DNA from: Elusimicrobiota bacterium
GTDB lineage: Bacteria; Elusimicrobiota; Endomicrobiia; CG1-02-37-114; JAHJSO01
Direction of reading: 5' to 3'
Assembly (NCBI GenBank): GCA_043826435.1
Contig: JBDRQF010000010.1
Span: forward strand, 1,818-65,817
Length of the DNA stretch: 64,000 nucleotides
The notes below the pieces were generated by a model. The model was not told where the DNA came from and did no database searches. It was given only the letters and a program-made list of their open reading frames with translations. This document shows, piece by piece, positions 19,851 through 28,553 of the stretch (within the stretch, counting starts at the first letter, position 1; each line of letters starts with the position of its first letter). The translations under genes were made by a program, and so were the position numbers.

Positions 19851-19886
19851 AGAGGGGCGAAAATTAAAAATCGCCCCTCTTTTTTT
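19851..19886 (+). terminator. Rho-independent terminator after the pilin gene
   Basis: AGAGGGGCGA-loop-TCGCCCCTCT followed by a T tract. Confidence 0.9.
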
Positions 19887-19903
19887 ATGTTCCTTAATTA
19901 AAC

Positions 19904-20632
19904 ATGATTGAATTTATACTGGTAATCATTTCAGGACTTGCACTGGGCAGTTTTGCAAACGTCCTCATATACCGCATACAGGAAGGCATGTCCGTCATTA
20001 AACCCCGCTCGTTCTGTCCCGTATGCAAAAAACCTATAAAGTGGTACGACAACGTCCCCGTTTTAAGTTATATCCTGCTTAACGGTAGGTGCCGGCAATG
20101 CGGCGAAAAAATCCCGGTAAGTTATCTGCTGGTTGAGATTGTCACGCCTATCCTCTTTCTGGCAGTTTATTCCGGGTTTAATGACTGGGGCCAGCGGTTT
20201 GTATATGCCATCTTTGTATACTCTATGCTGGTAATATCCGTAATTGACCTCCAGCGCTCCGTAATACCCGACATTTTATCGCTCCCGCTCATTCTCTTCG
20301 GTATTATTTCATCACCCTGGACAGGGACAGGCGTCCTGCAGTCCGTCATTGGCGCCGCCTGCGGGATAATTGTATTTTTAATAATGAGTTTTGCCGGCAA
20401 AAGGATATTCAAAAAGGATGCCCTCGGCGGGGGAGACGTAAAACTTGCAGGGGTCTTCGGCGCCTTCCTCGGGTGGGAAGGATTGCTCGTTTCTGTTTTT
20501 GTCGGTTCGCTTATAGGGACGCTTACATCTCTTGCCCTGATATACGTTATAAAGAAAAAACGCTGGGGGGATTATATTCCTTTCGGCCCTTTCCTGTGCG
20601 CCGGCGCATTTCTTGCATTGTTCCTGGTATGA
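19904..20632 (+). CDS. pilD: Prepilin peptidase
   Basis: GSFANVLIYR, RSFCPVC..GRCRQC, GGGDVKL, IPFGPFL. Confidence 0.96.
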   Translation: MIEFILVIISGLALGSFANVLIYRIQEGMSVIKPRSFCPVCKKPIKWYDNVPVLSYILLNGRCRQCGEKIPVSYLLVEIVTPILFLAVYSGFNDWGQRFVYAIFVYSMLVISVIDLQRSVIPDILSLPLILFGIISSPWTGTGVLQSVIGAACGIIVFLIMSFAGKRIFKKDALGGGDVKLAGVFGAFLGWEGLLVSVFVGSLIGTLTSLALIYVIKKKRWGDYIPFGPFLCAGAFLALFLV

Positions 20633-20706
20633 AAAAATACATTCCTCTAATTTTACTCCTTCTTTTTGTCGCGGGACAAAATATTAAGCGAAATTGATAC
20701 GTCTAC

Positions 20707-20735
20707 TTGACAAATCTTATTTATTTTTATACAAT
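20707..20735 (+). promoter_or_regulatory. Sigma70 promoter of the transcarbamylase operon
   Basis: TTGACA-17 bp-TACAAT, about 98 nt upstream of ATG 20833. Confidence 0.7.
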
Positions 20736-20832
20736 TAAAGTTAGGTTTAGGGGGAAACTTCTTGACATCTTGACACGACACCCCTGTTTCAAAACCAAAC
20801 AACAAAATAAATCAAAGGAGGATACGGGTAAA

Positions 20833-21909
20833 ATGAGGTCAAACAAATTTTACGGCAGGGACTGGATTGATGCGGAACTGGATTTTACGAAAGAGGAATG
20901 GGAAGCCCTCATTGATGTGGGGCTTGAATTAAAAAGAAGGTATGCGATGAATGAAGACCATTCACACATCCTGAAGGGCAAAACCCTCTTTACGATGTTC
21001 TTCAACCAGTCGTTAAGGACAAGGTGCACCTTCGCGGCAGGGATACAGCAATTAGGCGGTTTCCATGTGGATTTAGAACCGGGGAAAACGTACACCCCTG
21101 CAAGGAAGGGGTTTGAGATCCCCTATAAGACCGAACGAATCATAGATGTCGCGCAGATGCTTTCCCGTGTAGGCGACGCGATAGCCATAAGGGCATACGG
21201 TGAGGCGGGACACTGGATTTACGGGTTCACCAATGCAATGATAAAGGAGTTTGCGCAGTATGCAGACATCCCTTTAATCAACATGGAGTGCGACAAGTTC
21301 CACCCGACGCAGGCCCTTGCCGACATGCTAACGGTAAAGGAAAAATTCGGCGGGTTCAGGAAAGTGAAATTCGTAATGTCATGGGCTTATTCGGGCTCAA
21401 CCCACAAGCCCTACGCAGTGCCTCAAAGTTTGGTGCTTGCGCCCACAAAATTAGGGATGGACGTCGTTTTCGCAAGGCCGAAGGGCTTTGAGCTTGACCC
21501 TGAGGTTATCAAAAAATGCAAGGAGTTCGCGGCACAGAACGGCAGTTCATTTGAAGAGACGGACAGCATGGAAGATGCATTCAAAAATGCCGATGTGGTA
21601 TATCCCAAGTGCTGGGGAGCTGGCGATTATTTCGCCCAGGTTGATGCCTCAGGCAAGAAGGTTAAAAACGAAGACCTTGACGGGATGAAAGTCCTTTTTG
21701 ACAAAAACAAACACTGGATATGCGACTCCAAAAAGATGAAACTCATTAAGCCATCGGGCATATACATGCACTGCCTGCCAGCAGACAGGGACATGGAAGT
21801 TACCGACGATGTTATAGACGGTCCGCAGTCGGTAGTGTTTGACGAGGCGGAAAACCGCCTGCATGCCCACAAGTCCATAATGGCAATGACAATGGGCGGG
21901 CGTCTATAA
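20833..21909 (+). CDS. Knotted-type transcarbamylase paralog 1 (YgeW/AOTCase-like)
   Basis: FFNQSLRTR, HPTQ, MSWAYSGSTHKPYAVPQS, VVYPKCWGA (no DxxxSMG loop), HCLP, EAENR; RBS AAGGAGG. Confidence 0.88.
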   Translation: MRSNKFYGRDWIDAELDFTKEEWEALIDVGLELKRRYAMNEDHSHILKGKTLFTMFFNQSLRTRCTFAAGIQQLGGFHVDLEPGKTYTPARKGFEIPYKTERIIDVAQMLSRVGDAIAIRAYGEAGHWIYGFTNAMIKEFAQYADIPLINMECDKFHPTQALADMLTVKEKFGGFRKVKFVMSWAYSGSTHKPYAVPQSLVLAPTKLGMDVVFARPKGFELDPEVIKKCKEFAAQNGSSFEETDSMEDAFKNADVVYPKCWGAGDYFAQVDASGKKVKNEDLDGMKVLFDKNKHWICDSKKMKLIKPSGIYMHCLPADRDMEVTDDVIDGPQSVVFDEAENRLHAHKSIMAMTMGGRL

Positions 21910-21933
21910 GAGATACCAAGGAGGCATGCTACT

Positions 21934-22998
21934 ATGGCAAAAAAATCAACACGAAAAAATACACAAAAAACCAAAAAATCAACCCTTTTCGGGAAAGACC
22001 TGATCTGCACCCAGGACTGGTCAATGGACGAACTTGTCAGGACGGTTGAACTTGCAGAAGACATGCAAAAGAAACGCTATTCTCCGAAATACACCGACCT
22101 GCTGGCAAACAGGACTTTCTTTATGTTTTTCTTTAACCCATCCGTCAGAACACGGCAGTCGTTTGAATGCGCCGCAACCGAACTCGGCGGGCATGCCCAG
22201 TTCCTGACCCCTGAAGGCATGCGTCTGAAAGGCGAGAAAACGGCAGGTGAAACAGTTGAAGACGCAGCGAAAGTTATGGCAAGGTACGCTTCGGGCATAG
22301 GTATAAGGATTCTTGAAGACAAGGTTAAGTATTACGGGCAGGGGAATGAACTCCTCAGGGAATATGCCAAATGGTCTAACATACCCATAATAAACATGGC
22401 GGACGACAAATTCCACCCGTGCCAGGGCCTTGCCGATATCATGGGCCTGCGTAAACATATAGGGAAAAACCTGAAGGGTAAAAAACTGCTCCTCTACTGG
22501 GGGCACGGCGCGCTTGCCCGCAGCTGGTGTTCCGTGCAGGAAGCCGCACTCCTGTATTCAAGGTTCGGGATGGACGTTACAATCGCCTCGCCAGAAGGGT
22601 ATAACCTTGACCCTGAGGTTATTGAGCAGACAAAAAAGAACTGTTCTCAGAACGGGCAGAAGTTTGAAATCGTCAACGACCCGGTTGAGGGATACAAGGG
22701 AGCGCATGTCGTTTATTCCAGGAACTGGATGAGCCCCAACGCCTATGCAGGGAACGTCCTTAACAAACCGGCTGAAATAGAAAAGGCGTTGAAATATACC
22801 GACTGGATATGCGACGAGCAAAAAATGAGTCATACCGACAACGGGCTGTTTATCCACCCGATGCCGGTTGACCGGGGACACGAGGTAAGCGACGAAGTGG
22901 CTTCCGGTCCCAGGTCAATAATGGTTGATGTCGCGGAAAACCGCCTGCACGTCCAGAAGGCGATAATGGCATTGACGATGTCGGAAAAAATCAAATAA
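21934..22998 (+). CDS. Knotted-type transcarbamylase paralog 2 (divergent)
   Basis: FFNPSVRTR, HPCQ, LYWGHGALARSWCSVQE, VYSRNWMS, HPMP in place of HCLP, AENRLH. Confidence 0.87.
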   Translation: MAKKSTRKNTQKTKKSTLFGKDLICTQDWSMDELVRTVELAEDMQKKRYSPKYTDLLANRTFFMFFFNPSVRTRQSFECAATELGGHAQFLTPEGMRLKGEKTAGETVEDAAKVMARYASGIGIRILEDKVKYYGQGNELLREYAKWSNIPIINMADDKFHPCQGLADIMGLRKHIGKNLKGKKLLLYWGHGALARSWCSVQEAALLYSRFGMDVTIASPEGYNLDPEVIEQTKKNCSQNGQKFEIVNDPVEGYKGAHVVYSRNWMSPNAYAGNVLNKPAEIEKALKYTDWICDEQKMSHTDNGLFIHPMPVDRGHEVSDEVASGPRSIMVDVAENRLHVQKAIMALTMSEKIK

Positions 22999-23015
22999 AA
23001 AAGGGGAATATAACA

Positions 23016-23960
23016 ATGACAAAACAGGTGGCGGTAGTTGCCGTCGGCGGAAATTCGCTGATTAAAGACAACAAGCACCAGTCGGTGCAGGACCAGTACC
23101 TTGCTGCCCGCGAGACAATGCAGCACATCTCAAAAATGATACAGAAGGGATGGGATGTGGTAATAACCCACGGGAACGGCCCGCAGGTGGGGTTCATCCT
23201 TGCGAGATCGGAATACTCCAGGGGGATTATGCATGAGATACCGCTGGATTCATGCGGCGCCGACACCCAGGGAGCCATCGGCTATAATTTCCAGATGGCA
23301 TTGGGTAATGAGTTTAAAAAACTCGGAATAAAAAAAACTGTTGCATCCGTGATTACGCAGACAGTGGTTGATAAGGACGACCCTTCATTCAAAAAGCCCA
23401 CAAAACCCATCGGCCAGTTCTACAATGAAGAAGAAGCCCTCCGCAGGAAAGATAAAGACGGCTGGGACATTATGGAGGATGCGGGCAGGGGCTGGAGGAG
23501 AGTCGTTGCGTCGCCTGCGCCTCTTGAAATAGTTGAACTGGATGCAATAAAATCGCTGATACAGGCAGGGGTCGTAGTGGTCGCAGTAGGAGGCGGGGGG
23601 ATACCCGTAATCCGCCAGGACGACGGGATGTTAAAAGGGACTGCTGCCGTTATTGACAAGGACTTTGCCTCAAGTTTGCTTGCTACTCTTATTGTGGCGG
23701 ATGTTTTTATTATATCCACCGCGGTGGAAAAGGTTTATCTGAATTTCGGTAAACCGGACCAGAAAGCGGTTGACAAAATGACGCTGTCTGAGGCGAAAAA
23801 ATATGTTGAAGAGGGACATTTCAAACCGGGTTCAATGCTTCCCAAAATGAAGGCGATAATTTCATTCCTGGAAAATGGCGGGCAAACGGCGATAATAACC
23901 GACCCCCAACACATTGAACTTGCCCTGGACGGTAAAACAGGGACTCACATCACAAAATGA
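23016..23960 (+). CDS. arcC: Carbamate kinase
   Basis: AVGGNSL, THGNGPQVG, PTKPIG, GRGWRRVVASP, GGGGIPV, VIDKD, GSMLPK. Confidence 0.96.
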   Translation: MTKQVAVVAVGGNSLIKDNKHQSVQDQYLAARETMQHISKMIQKGWDVVITHGNGPQVGFILARSEYSRGIMHEIPLDSCGADTQGAIGYNFQMALGNEFKKLGIKKTVASVITQTVVDKDDPSFKKPTKPIGQFYNEEEALRRKDKDGWDIMEDAGRGWRRVVASPAPLEIVELDAIKSLIQAGVVVVAVGGGGIPVIRQDDGMLKGTAAVIDKDFASSLLATLIVADVFIISTAVEKVYLNFGKPDQKAVDKMTLSEAKKYVEEGHFKPGSMLPKMKAIISFLENGGQTAIITDPQHIELALDGKTGTHITK

Positions 23961-25237
23961 ATTATATCGCGGGCTTAAAATGCGTATCATGCGGCAGGGA
24001 ATTATCCCATGAAGAAGCGAAGTATATCTGCCCGTCCTGCGGCGGGAACCTGGACGTCGTTTATGACTATTCACGCCTGAAGAAAAAAATAACCAGGGCC
24101 GGGCTTAAAAAAAACACCGACCTCTCAATGTGGAGGTATTCTTTCCTGCTGCCCCTCGTTGAATCGAAAAAGGCAAGAATACCGTCCCTTACCGTGGGCT
24201 GGACGCCTCTGTCCAAAGCGTCTGCCCTTGGCGACAAATTAGGGCTCCAGAATCTCTATTTCAAGGACGACACGAAAACTCCGTCCGCTTCATTCAAAGA
24301 CAGAGCGAGCGCTCTCGTTGCAGTAAAAGGCCAGGAAGTCGGCGCCAAAACCTACACCACTGCTTCTACGGGTAATGCGGGGTGCGCCCTTGCGTGCATG
24401 TGCGCAAACCTACGGTTGCCGTGCACAATATTCGTCCCTGAAACAGCCCCGAAAGCGAAAATAGCCCAGTTGTTGATTTTCGGCTCAAGGGTCATAGCGG
24501 TGCGGGGGACATATGACGAGGCATTTGATTTGTCCGTCCGGGCAGCGGAGGAATTCGGGTGGTATTGCAGGTCAACAGGATACAACCCTTACACCAGGGA
24601 GGGGAAAAAAACCGCCGCTTTTGAAATCGCCGAACAACTAAAGTGGAAAACCCCTGACAAGGTACTTGTACCTGTCGGCGACGGGAATATAATATCAGGC
24701 ATCTGGAAGGGATTCTCCGACCTGTATGATATTGGGCTCATAGACAAACTGCCGCAGGTCATAGGCGTCCAATCCAACAAGAGCAATGCGATTTCCCTGG
24801 CGGTAAAGAAATACGAAAAGGAAAAATATTCGGTCAGGAAAAAGACCGGTCCCGGGCGCAAAAAGATTGAAATTGAACCTGTCCACGCTACAACCATTGC
24901 TGACTCCATCTCGGTGGACTTACCGCGTGACGGTGTCGCCGCGGTCATGGCGGTTGTCAATTCGGGTGGTTTCATGATAGAGGTAAGCGACGAAGAGATA
25001 CTTTCCGCAATAAAGGAAATCGCCTGCATAGAGGGCATTTTCAGCGAACCGGCAGGGGCTGCAAGTTACGCAGGGCTGAAGAAACTTCTTGGAATCAGCA
25101 AACTTAAAACCAGGGACACCATCGTCTGCCTTATCACGGGGAACGGTCTCAAGGACATAAACTCCGCAATGAAGGTCGCGGGCGAACCGCTTGTAATTGA
25201 ACCTTCGTTGCAGGAACTTAAAAAAGTAATATCATGA
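23957..25237 (+). CDS. Threonine-synthase-like PLP fold-type II enzyme
   Basis: N-terminal CxxC/CxxC, PSASFKDR (PLP Lys), ASTGNAG, EGKKT, VPVGDGNI, ITGNGLKD. Confidence 0.88.
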   Translation: MNYIAGLKCVSCGRELSHEEAKYICPSCGGNLDVVYDYSRLKKKITRAGLKKNTDLSMWRYSFLLPLVESKKARIPSLTVGWTPLSKASALGDKLGLQNLYFKDDTKTPSASFKDRASALVAVKGQEVGAKTYTTASTGNAGCALACMCANLRLPCTIFVPETAPKAKIAQLLIFGSRVIAVRGTYDEAFDLSVRAAEEFGWYCRSTGYNPYTREGKKTAAFEIAEQLKWKTPDKVLVPVGDGNIISGIWKGFSDLYDIGLIDKLPQVIGVQSNKSNAISLAVKKYEKEKYSVRKKTGPGRKKIEIEPVHATTIADSISVDLPRDGVAAVMAVVNSGGFMIEVSDEEILSAIKEIACIEGIFSEPAGAASYAGLKKLLGISKLKTRDTIVCLITGNGLKDINSAMKVAGEPLVIEPSLQELKKVIS

Positions 25238-26175
25238 AAAACACAAAACATTTAATTTCGGTAACCGACTTAACCGCCGGGGAGATGCAGGAGGTCTTTT
25301 CCCTTACGCACTCCGTAAAATCGGAAAGGGAAAAGTTTTACAATGCCCTTGCCCACAGGACTCTTGCAATGATTTTCCAGAAACCGTCCACCCGCACAAG
25401 GGTCTCTTTTGAAACGGGCATGACTCAATTGGGCGGCCATGCAATATTTTTAAGCAACCAGGAACTCCAACTCAAGAGGGGTGAAACCATCGCCGACACG
25501 TCCAGGACGCTCTCCAGGTACGTTGATGCAATAATGATAAGGTCAAACAACCACAGGGACGTCCTTGAACTTGCAGGGACTTCCTCCGTCCCCGTAATAA
25601 ACGGGCTGAGCGACATTGAACACCCCTGCCAGGTGCTGGGCGACATTTACACCATACTTGAAAAAAAATCCACCAAAGACCTTTCTCATCTTAAAACAAC
25701 CTTTATCGGTGACGGAAACAACGTTTCAAACTCCCTGATGCTCGCTTCCGCCGTACTGGGCATGCATTTTGTCCTCTGCACGCCGGAGGGTTATGAACCC
25801 CCCAAAGGAATTATTGAAAAGAGCATTGAGATAGCCCGCAGGACCGGTGCAAAAATAGAAATTCTTTCCTCACCCGTGAAAGCCGTTGACGGGTCCGATA
25901 TAATATATACGGACGTGTGGACTTCCATGGGGAAGGAAGAAGAACAATCAAAAAGGAAAGAGATATTCACGCCTTACCAGGTAAACAGCGGGTTATTGTC
26001 CCGGGCTAACCCTTCGGCAATAGTGATGCACTGCCTTCCTGCAAGGAGGGGAGAGGAAATTACCGACGAGGTTATGGACGGCCCGAGTTCCGTCGTATTT
26101 GACCAGGCGGAAAACCGGATGCACGTGCAGAAAGCAATCCTCCTGTATCTGCTGAAAGAAACCTGCAATATTTAG
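25234..26175 (+). CDS. argF: Ornithine carbamoyltransferase (canonical)
   Basis: FQKPSTRTR, HPCQ, GDGNNV, DVWTSMG, HCLP. Confidence 0.95.
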   Translation: MKNTKHLISVTDLTAGEMQEVFSLTHSVKSEREKFYNALAHRTLAMIFQKPSTRTRVSFETGMTQLGGHAIFLSNQELQLKRGETIADTSRTLSRYVDAIMIRSNNHRDVLELAGTSSVPVINGLSDIEHPCQVLGDIYTILEKKSTKDLSHLKTTFIGDGNNVSNSLMLASAVLGMHFVLCTPEGYEPPKGIIEKSIEIARRTGAKIEILSSPVKAVDGSDIIYTDVWTSMGKEEEQSKRKEIFTPYQVNSGLLSRANPSAIVMHCLPARRGEEITDEVMDGPSSVVFDQAENRMHVQKAILLYLLKETCNI

Positions 26176-26264
26176 CATAGGGCTATACGAATATACCTAT
26201 GATGTTGCACTTCAACAGCTGCAATATTTAGCAAGAGGGATGCGTAAATGTGTATGATGTTGCA
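26164..26264. repeat. Two tandem copies (56-bp period) of the 45-46 bp TGCA-bounded element
   Basis: TGCAATATTTAGCA...TATGATGTTGCA at 26164-26209 and 26220-26264. Confidence 0.8.
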
Positions 26265-26269
26265 CCAAA

Positions 26270-26791
26270 ATGATTAAACAATTAGGGGGGATAAAACCAC
26301 AGGTTGACGTGACTGCCTACGTACATAGTTCGGCTGAAATCATAGGCCGGGTAAAGATTGCAAGGGACGCATCCGTGTGGCCCGGGGCAGTGCTGCGCGG
26401 GGACGTGGAAGAAATAACCATCGGAGAGGGCAGCAACATCCAGGACAACGCCGTCGTGCATACAAACTTTTCATGCCCCGCGGTCATCGGTAAAATGGTA
26501 GTGGTCGGGCACGGCGCCATACTACATGGGTGCAGGATCGGCGACAACTGTCTTATAGGTATGGGCGCGATAATAATGGACGGGGCAGTCATAGGGAATA
26601 ACTGCGTAATCGGGGCGGGTAGTGTGGTGGTTGAGAAAACCATAGTGCCCCAGGGTTCTCTTTTCCTTGGTTCGCCCGCGAGGGCAGTCCGCAAACTCAC
26701 ACCGGAAGAAATCCGCATGATACAGGAAGGCGCCGGACACTACATCCAAAAAATAAAAGAATACAAAAGAGGGCTGAGGAGCCCCTTATAG
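26270..26791 (+). CDS. Gamma carbonic anhydrase family protein (YrdA/CaiE-like)
   Basis: AVLRGD, SNIQDN, GHGAILHGC hexapeptide motifs. Confidence 0.92.
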   Translation: MIKQLGGIKPQVDVTAYVHSSAEIIGRVKIARDASVWPGAVLRGDVEEITIGEGSNIQDNAVVHTNFSCPAVIGKMVVVGHGAILHGCRIGDNCLIGMGAIIMDGAVIGNNCVIGAGSVVVEKTIVPQGSLFLGSPARAVRKLTPEEIRMIQEGAGHYIQKIKEYKRGLRSPL

Positions 26792-26801
26792 GAATGGCCC
26801 G

Positions 26802-27308
26802 ATGGAAATCGTAAAATACCCCTCGCCGGTCCTGAAGAAAAAATGCAGCCCCGTCCTGGGCATTACGTCCGAAACAAAAGGGCTTATAAAGAACATGGTT
26901 GACATGATGAGGGCAAGCAACGGATTAGGGCTTGCCGCAAACCAGATAGGGCATCCCGTCAGGATCCTGGTAATATCATTACCGGAAAAGGACGGCAAAC
27001 CGTCCGAACTCGTACTTATAAATCCCACAATTTTACAGAAAAGGGGTAAGATTTTTGAGGAAGAGGGGTGCCTCTCTTTCCCCGGGTTTTATACGAAAAT
27101 AAAACGACACAAAAAGGTAGTTGTCAGCGCGATAAACGAGAGGGGAAAAACAGTTGAGATAATGGTGGAGGACCTGTTGAGCAGGGTCATCCAGCATGAG
27201 ATTGACCACCTGAACGGAATAAGTTTTGTACAGAGGCTGCCGTTCCTTCAAAGAATAAAAACACTTCTTGACATTCACCGCAGGATAAAAAAGGGGACGT
27301 GGTCATGA
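26802..27308 (+). CDS. def: Peptide deformylase
   Basis: GLGLAANQIG, EGCLS, QHEIDHLNG. Confidence 0.97.
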   Translation: MEIVKYPSPVLKKKCSPVLGITSETKGLIKNMVDMMRASNGLGLAANQIGHPVRILVISLPEKDGKPSELVLINPTILQKRGKIFEEEGCLSFPGFYTKIKRHKKVVVSAINERGKTVEIMVEDLLSRVIQHEIDHLNGISFVQRLPFLQRIKTLLDIHRRIKKGTWS

Positions 27309-27355
27309 CCCCCCCCCCCGCTGTTTTGTCTACGACAAAACAAAGATGCGGGGGC
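27309..27355. terminator. Hairpin between convergent def and DUF374 genes
   Basis: CCCCGC-TGTTTTGTC-TAC-GACAAAACA-..-GCGGGG stem; no clear U tract. Confidence 0.5.
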
Positions 27356-28005
27356 TAGGTGAACAAACCGTCGGCATATCCGGTAATACGGTTCAACTCC
27401 GATTCCAGTTCCCTGCACTTGGCATGAATGTCGTCCGTCCTGCGGACTTCCAGTGACCTGCCGTAAACCACTGCGCAATCGTTAAACGGGAACGGCACGC
27501 AATACCTGTCCCAGTTATTCATGACTATTTTAAACCTCGCTGAAAATGTAACCGGGACAATCGGCCTGCCTGTCTTCTGCGCAATAAAAATAATACCGGG
27601 CTTCACCTGAAAGGCAGGGCCGCGGGGGCCATCAACTGCAAAGGCGGCGTCATCCCCATTCTCAATACGCTTTATAAGTTCAAGCGTCCCCTCAACGGCG
27701 CCCCTCTTGCGGTGTGATCCTCTTATGATATTATACCCGAAACCGGACATTATGCCGGTCTGTAATTCCCCGTCCCTTGAATAACTTGTCATTAAATAAA
27801 CCCCCTGAAACCTGTGCGTCCATACAAGCATAAACTGCCTGCCGTGCCAGAATGCGTATATAACGTTTTTTGATTTATCCCTGGCGCCGGCTATTGCGTC
27901 TTCGTTGATTTTGGCTGTTTTTGAAGTCCGCGCCACAAGATTTATTATTAATCGTGCCAGGAATGCAGTGAATTTATTTTTGAATTTATCAGGCAGGAAA
28001 GTCAT
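27355..28005 (-). CDS. DUF374 lysophospholipid acyltransferase family protein (LpxJ-like)
   Basis: AFWHGR, SYSRDGE, IRGS, AVDGPRGP, WDRYCVPFPF. Confidence 0.88.
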   Translation of the reverse strand: MTFLPDKFKNKFTAFLARLIINLVARTSKTAKINEDAIAGARDKSKNVIYAFWHGRQFMLVWTHRFQGVYLMTSYSRDGELQTGIMSGFGYNIIRGSHRKRGAVEGTLELIKRIENGDDAAFAVDGPRGPAFQVKPGIIFIAQKTGRPIVPVTFSARFKIVMNNWDRYCVPFPFNDCAVVYGRSLEVRRTDDIHAKCRELESELNRITGYADGLFT

Positions 28006-28553
28006 TTTTTGCCCCTGATCACGGGGACCCATTCCACACTGGCGACTGCAGTATAGAACGGCTGTAGTTCGTTATTATCGTTAAGACGGATGCCTATCCT
28101 TCCGGGGTTTATTTTATCAAAAACGGCTTTTACCTGGTTACCCGTAAGTTTTGTCAGAGGTCTAAGTTCGCATTCCTCCTTGCCCGCCTCTTCAAGCAGA
28201 AGTTTATAAATAAAATTCAGCCCCACCTCAATGCCGTCCAGCCCGATAGAGTGGATTATATTGGAACGAATCGTCTCAGAGACAGGCGCACAAGCATCAA
28301 TCTCCTTTTCAATGGCTTCCCCAAGGGTAACAAACAAATAACTTATTGAAACCGAACCCGTTTCCCCTTCGGGCCCGGGTTTCACGGTTTCAAACATACA
28401 GGCGGGTGTAAGATATTCCCCGGCGCGCGCCATTTCCTTTTTAACCGCCTCTTCCAGCTGGGATGTTATTTCTTTTGTCTGTGTTATGATTTTAAGGTTT
28501 TTTATTATCTCGCGCAGGCGGAGGTTTATCCTGAATTTTTTTATCTTTTTCAT
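28002..28553 (-). CDS. Hypothetical protein, weak resemblance to stand-alone MetH activation domain
   Basis: FVTLGEAIEKEI..IGIRLNDNNELQP pattern; overlaps the secF stop. Confidence 0.6.
   Translation of the reverse strand: MKKIKKFRINLRLREIIKNLKIITQTKEITSQLEEAVKKEMARAGEYLTPACMFETVKPGPEGETGSVSISYLFVTLGEAIEKEIDACAPVSETIRSNIIHSIGLDGIEVGLNFIYKLLLEEAGKEECELRPLTKLTGNQVKAVFDKINPGRIGIRLNDNNELQPFYTAVASVEWVPVIRGKK

Noticed and set aside
20707-20832. 42-aa N-terminal extension of TC1, or a known riboswitch
   Set aside because: The TTG start coincides with the -35 box and a strong RBS precedes ATG 20833; no purine or guanidine aptamer consensus recognised.
23016-26175. Classical arginine deiminase (arc) operon
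   Set aside because: No arcA or arcD in the window, and the two upstream transcarbamylases lack the ornithine SMG loop.
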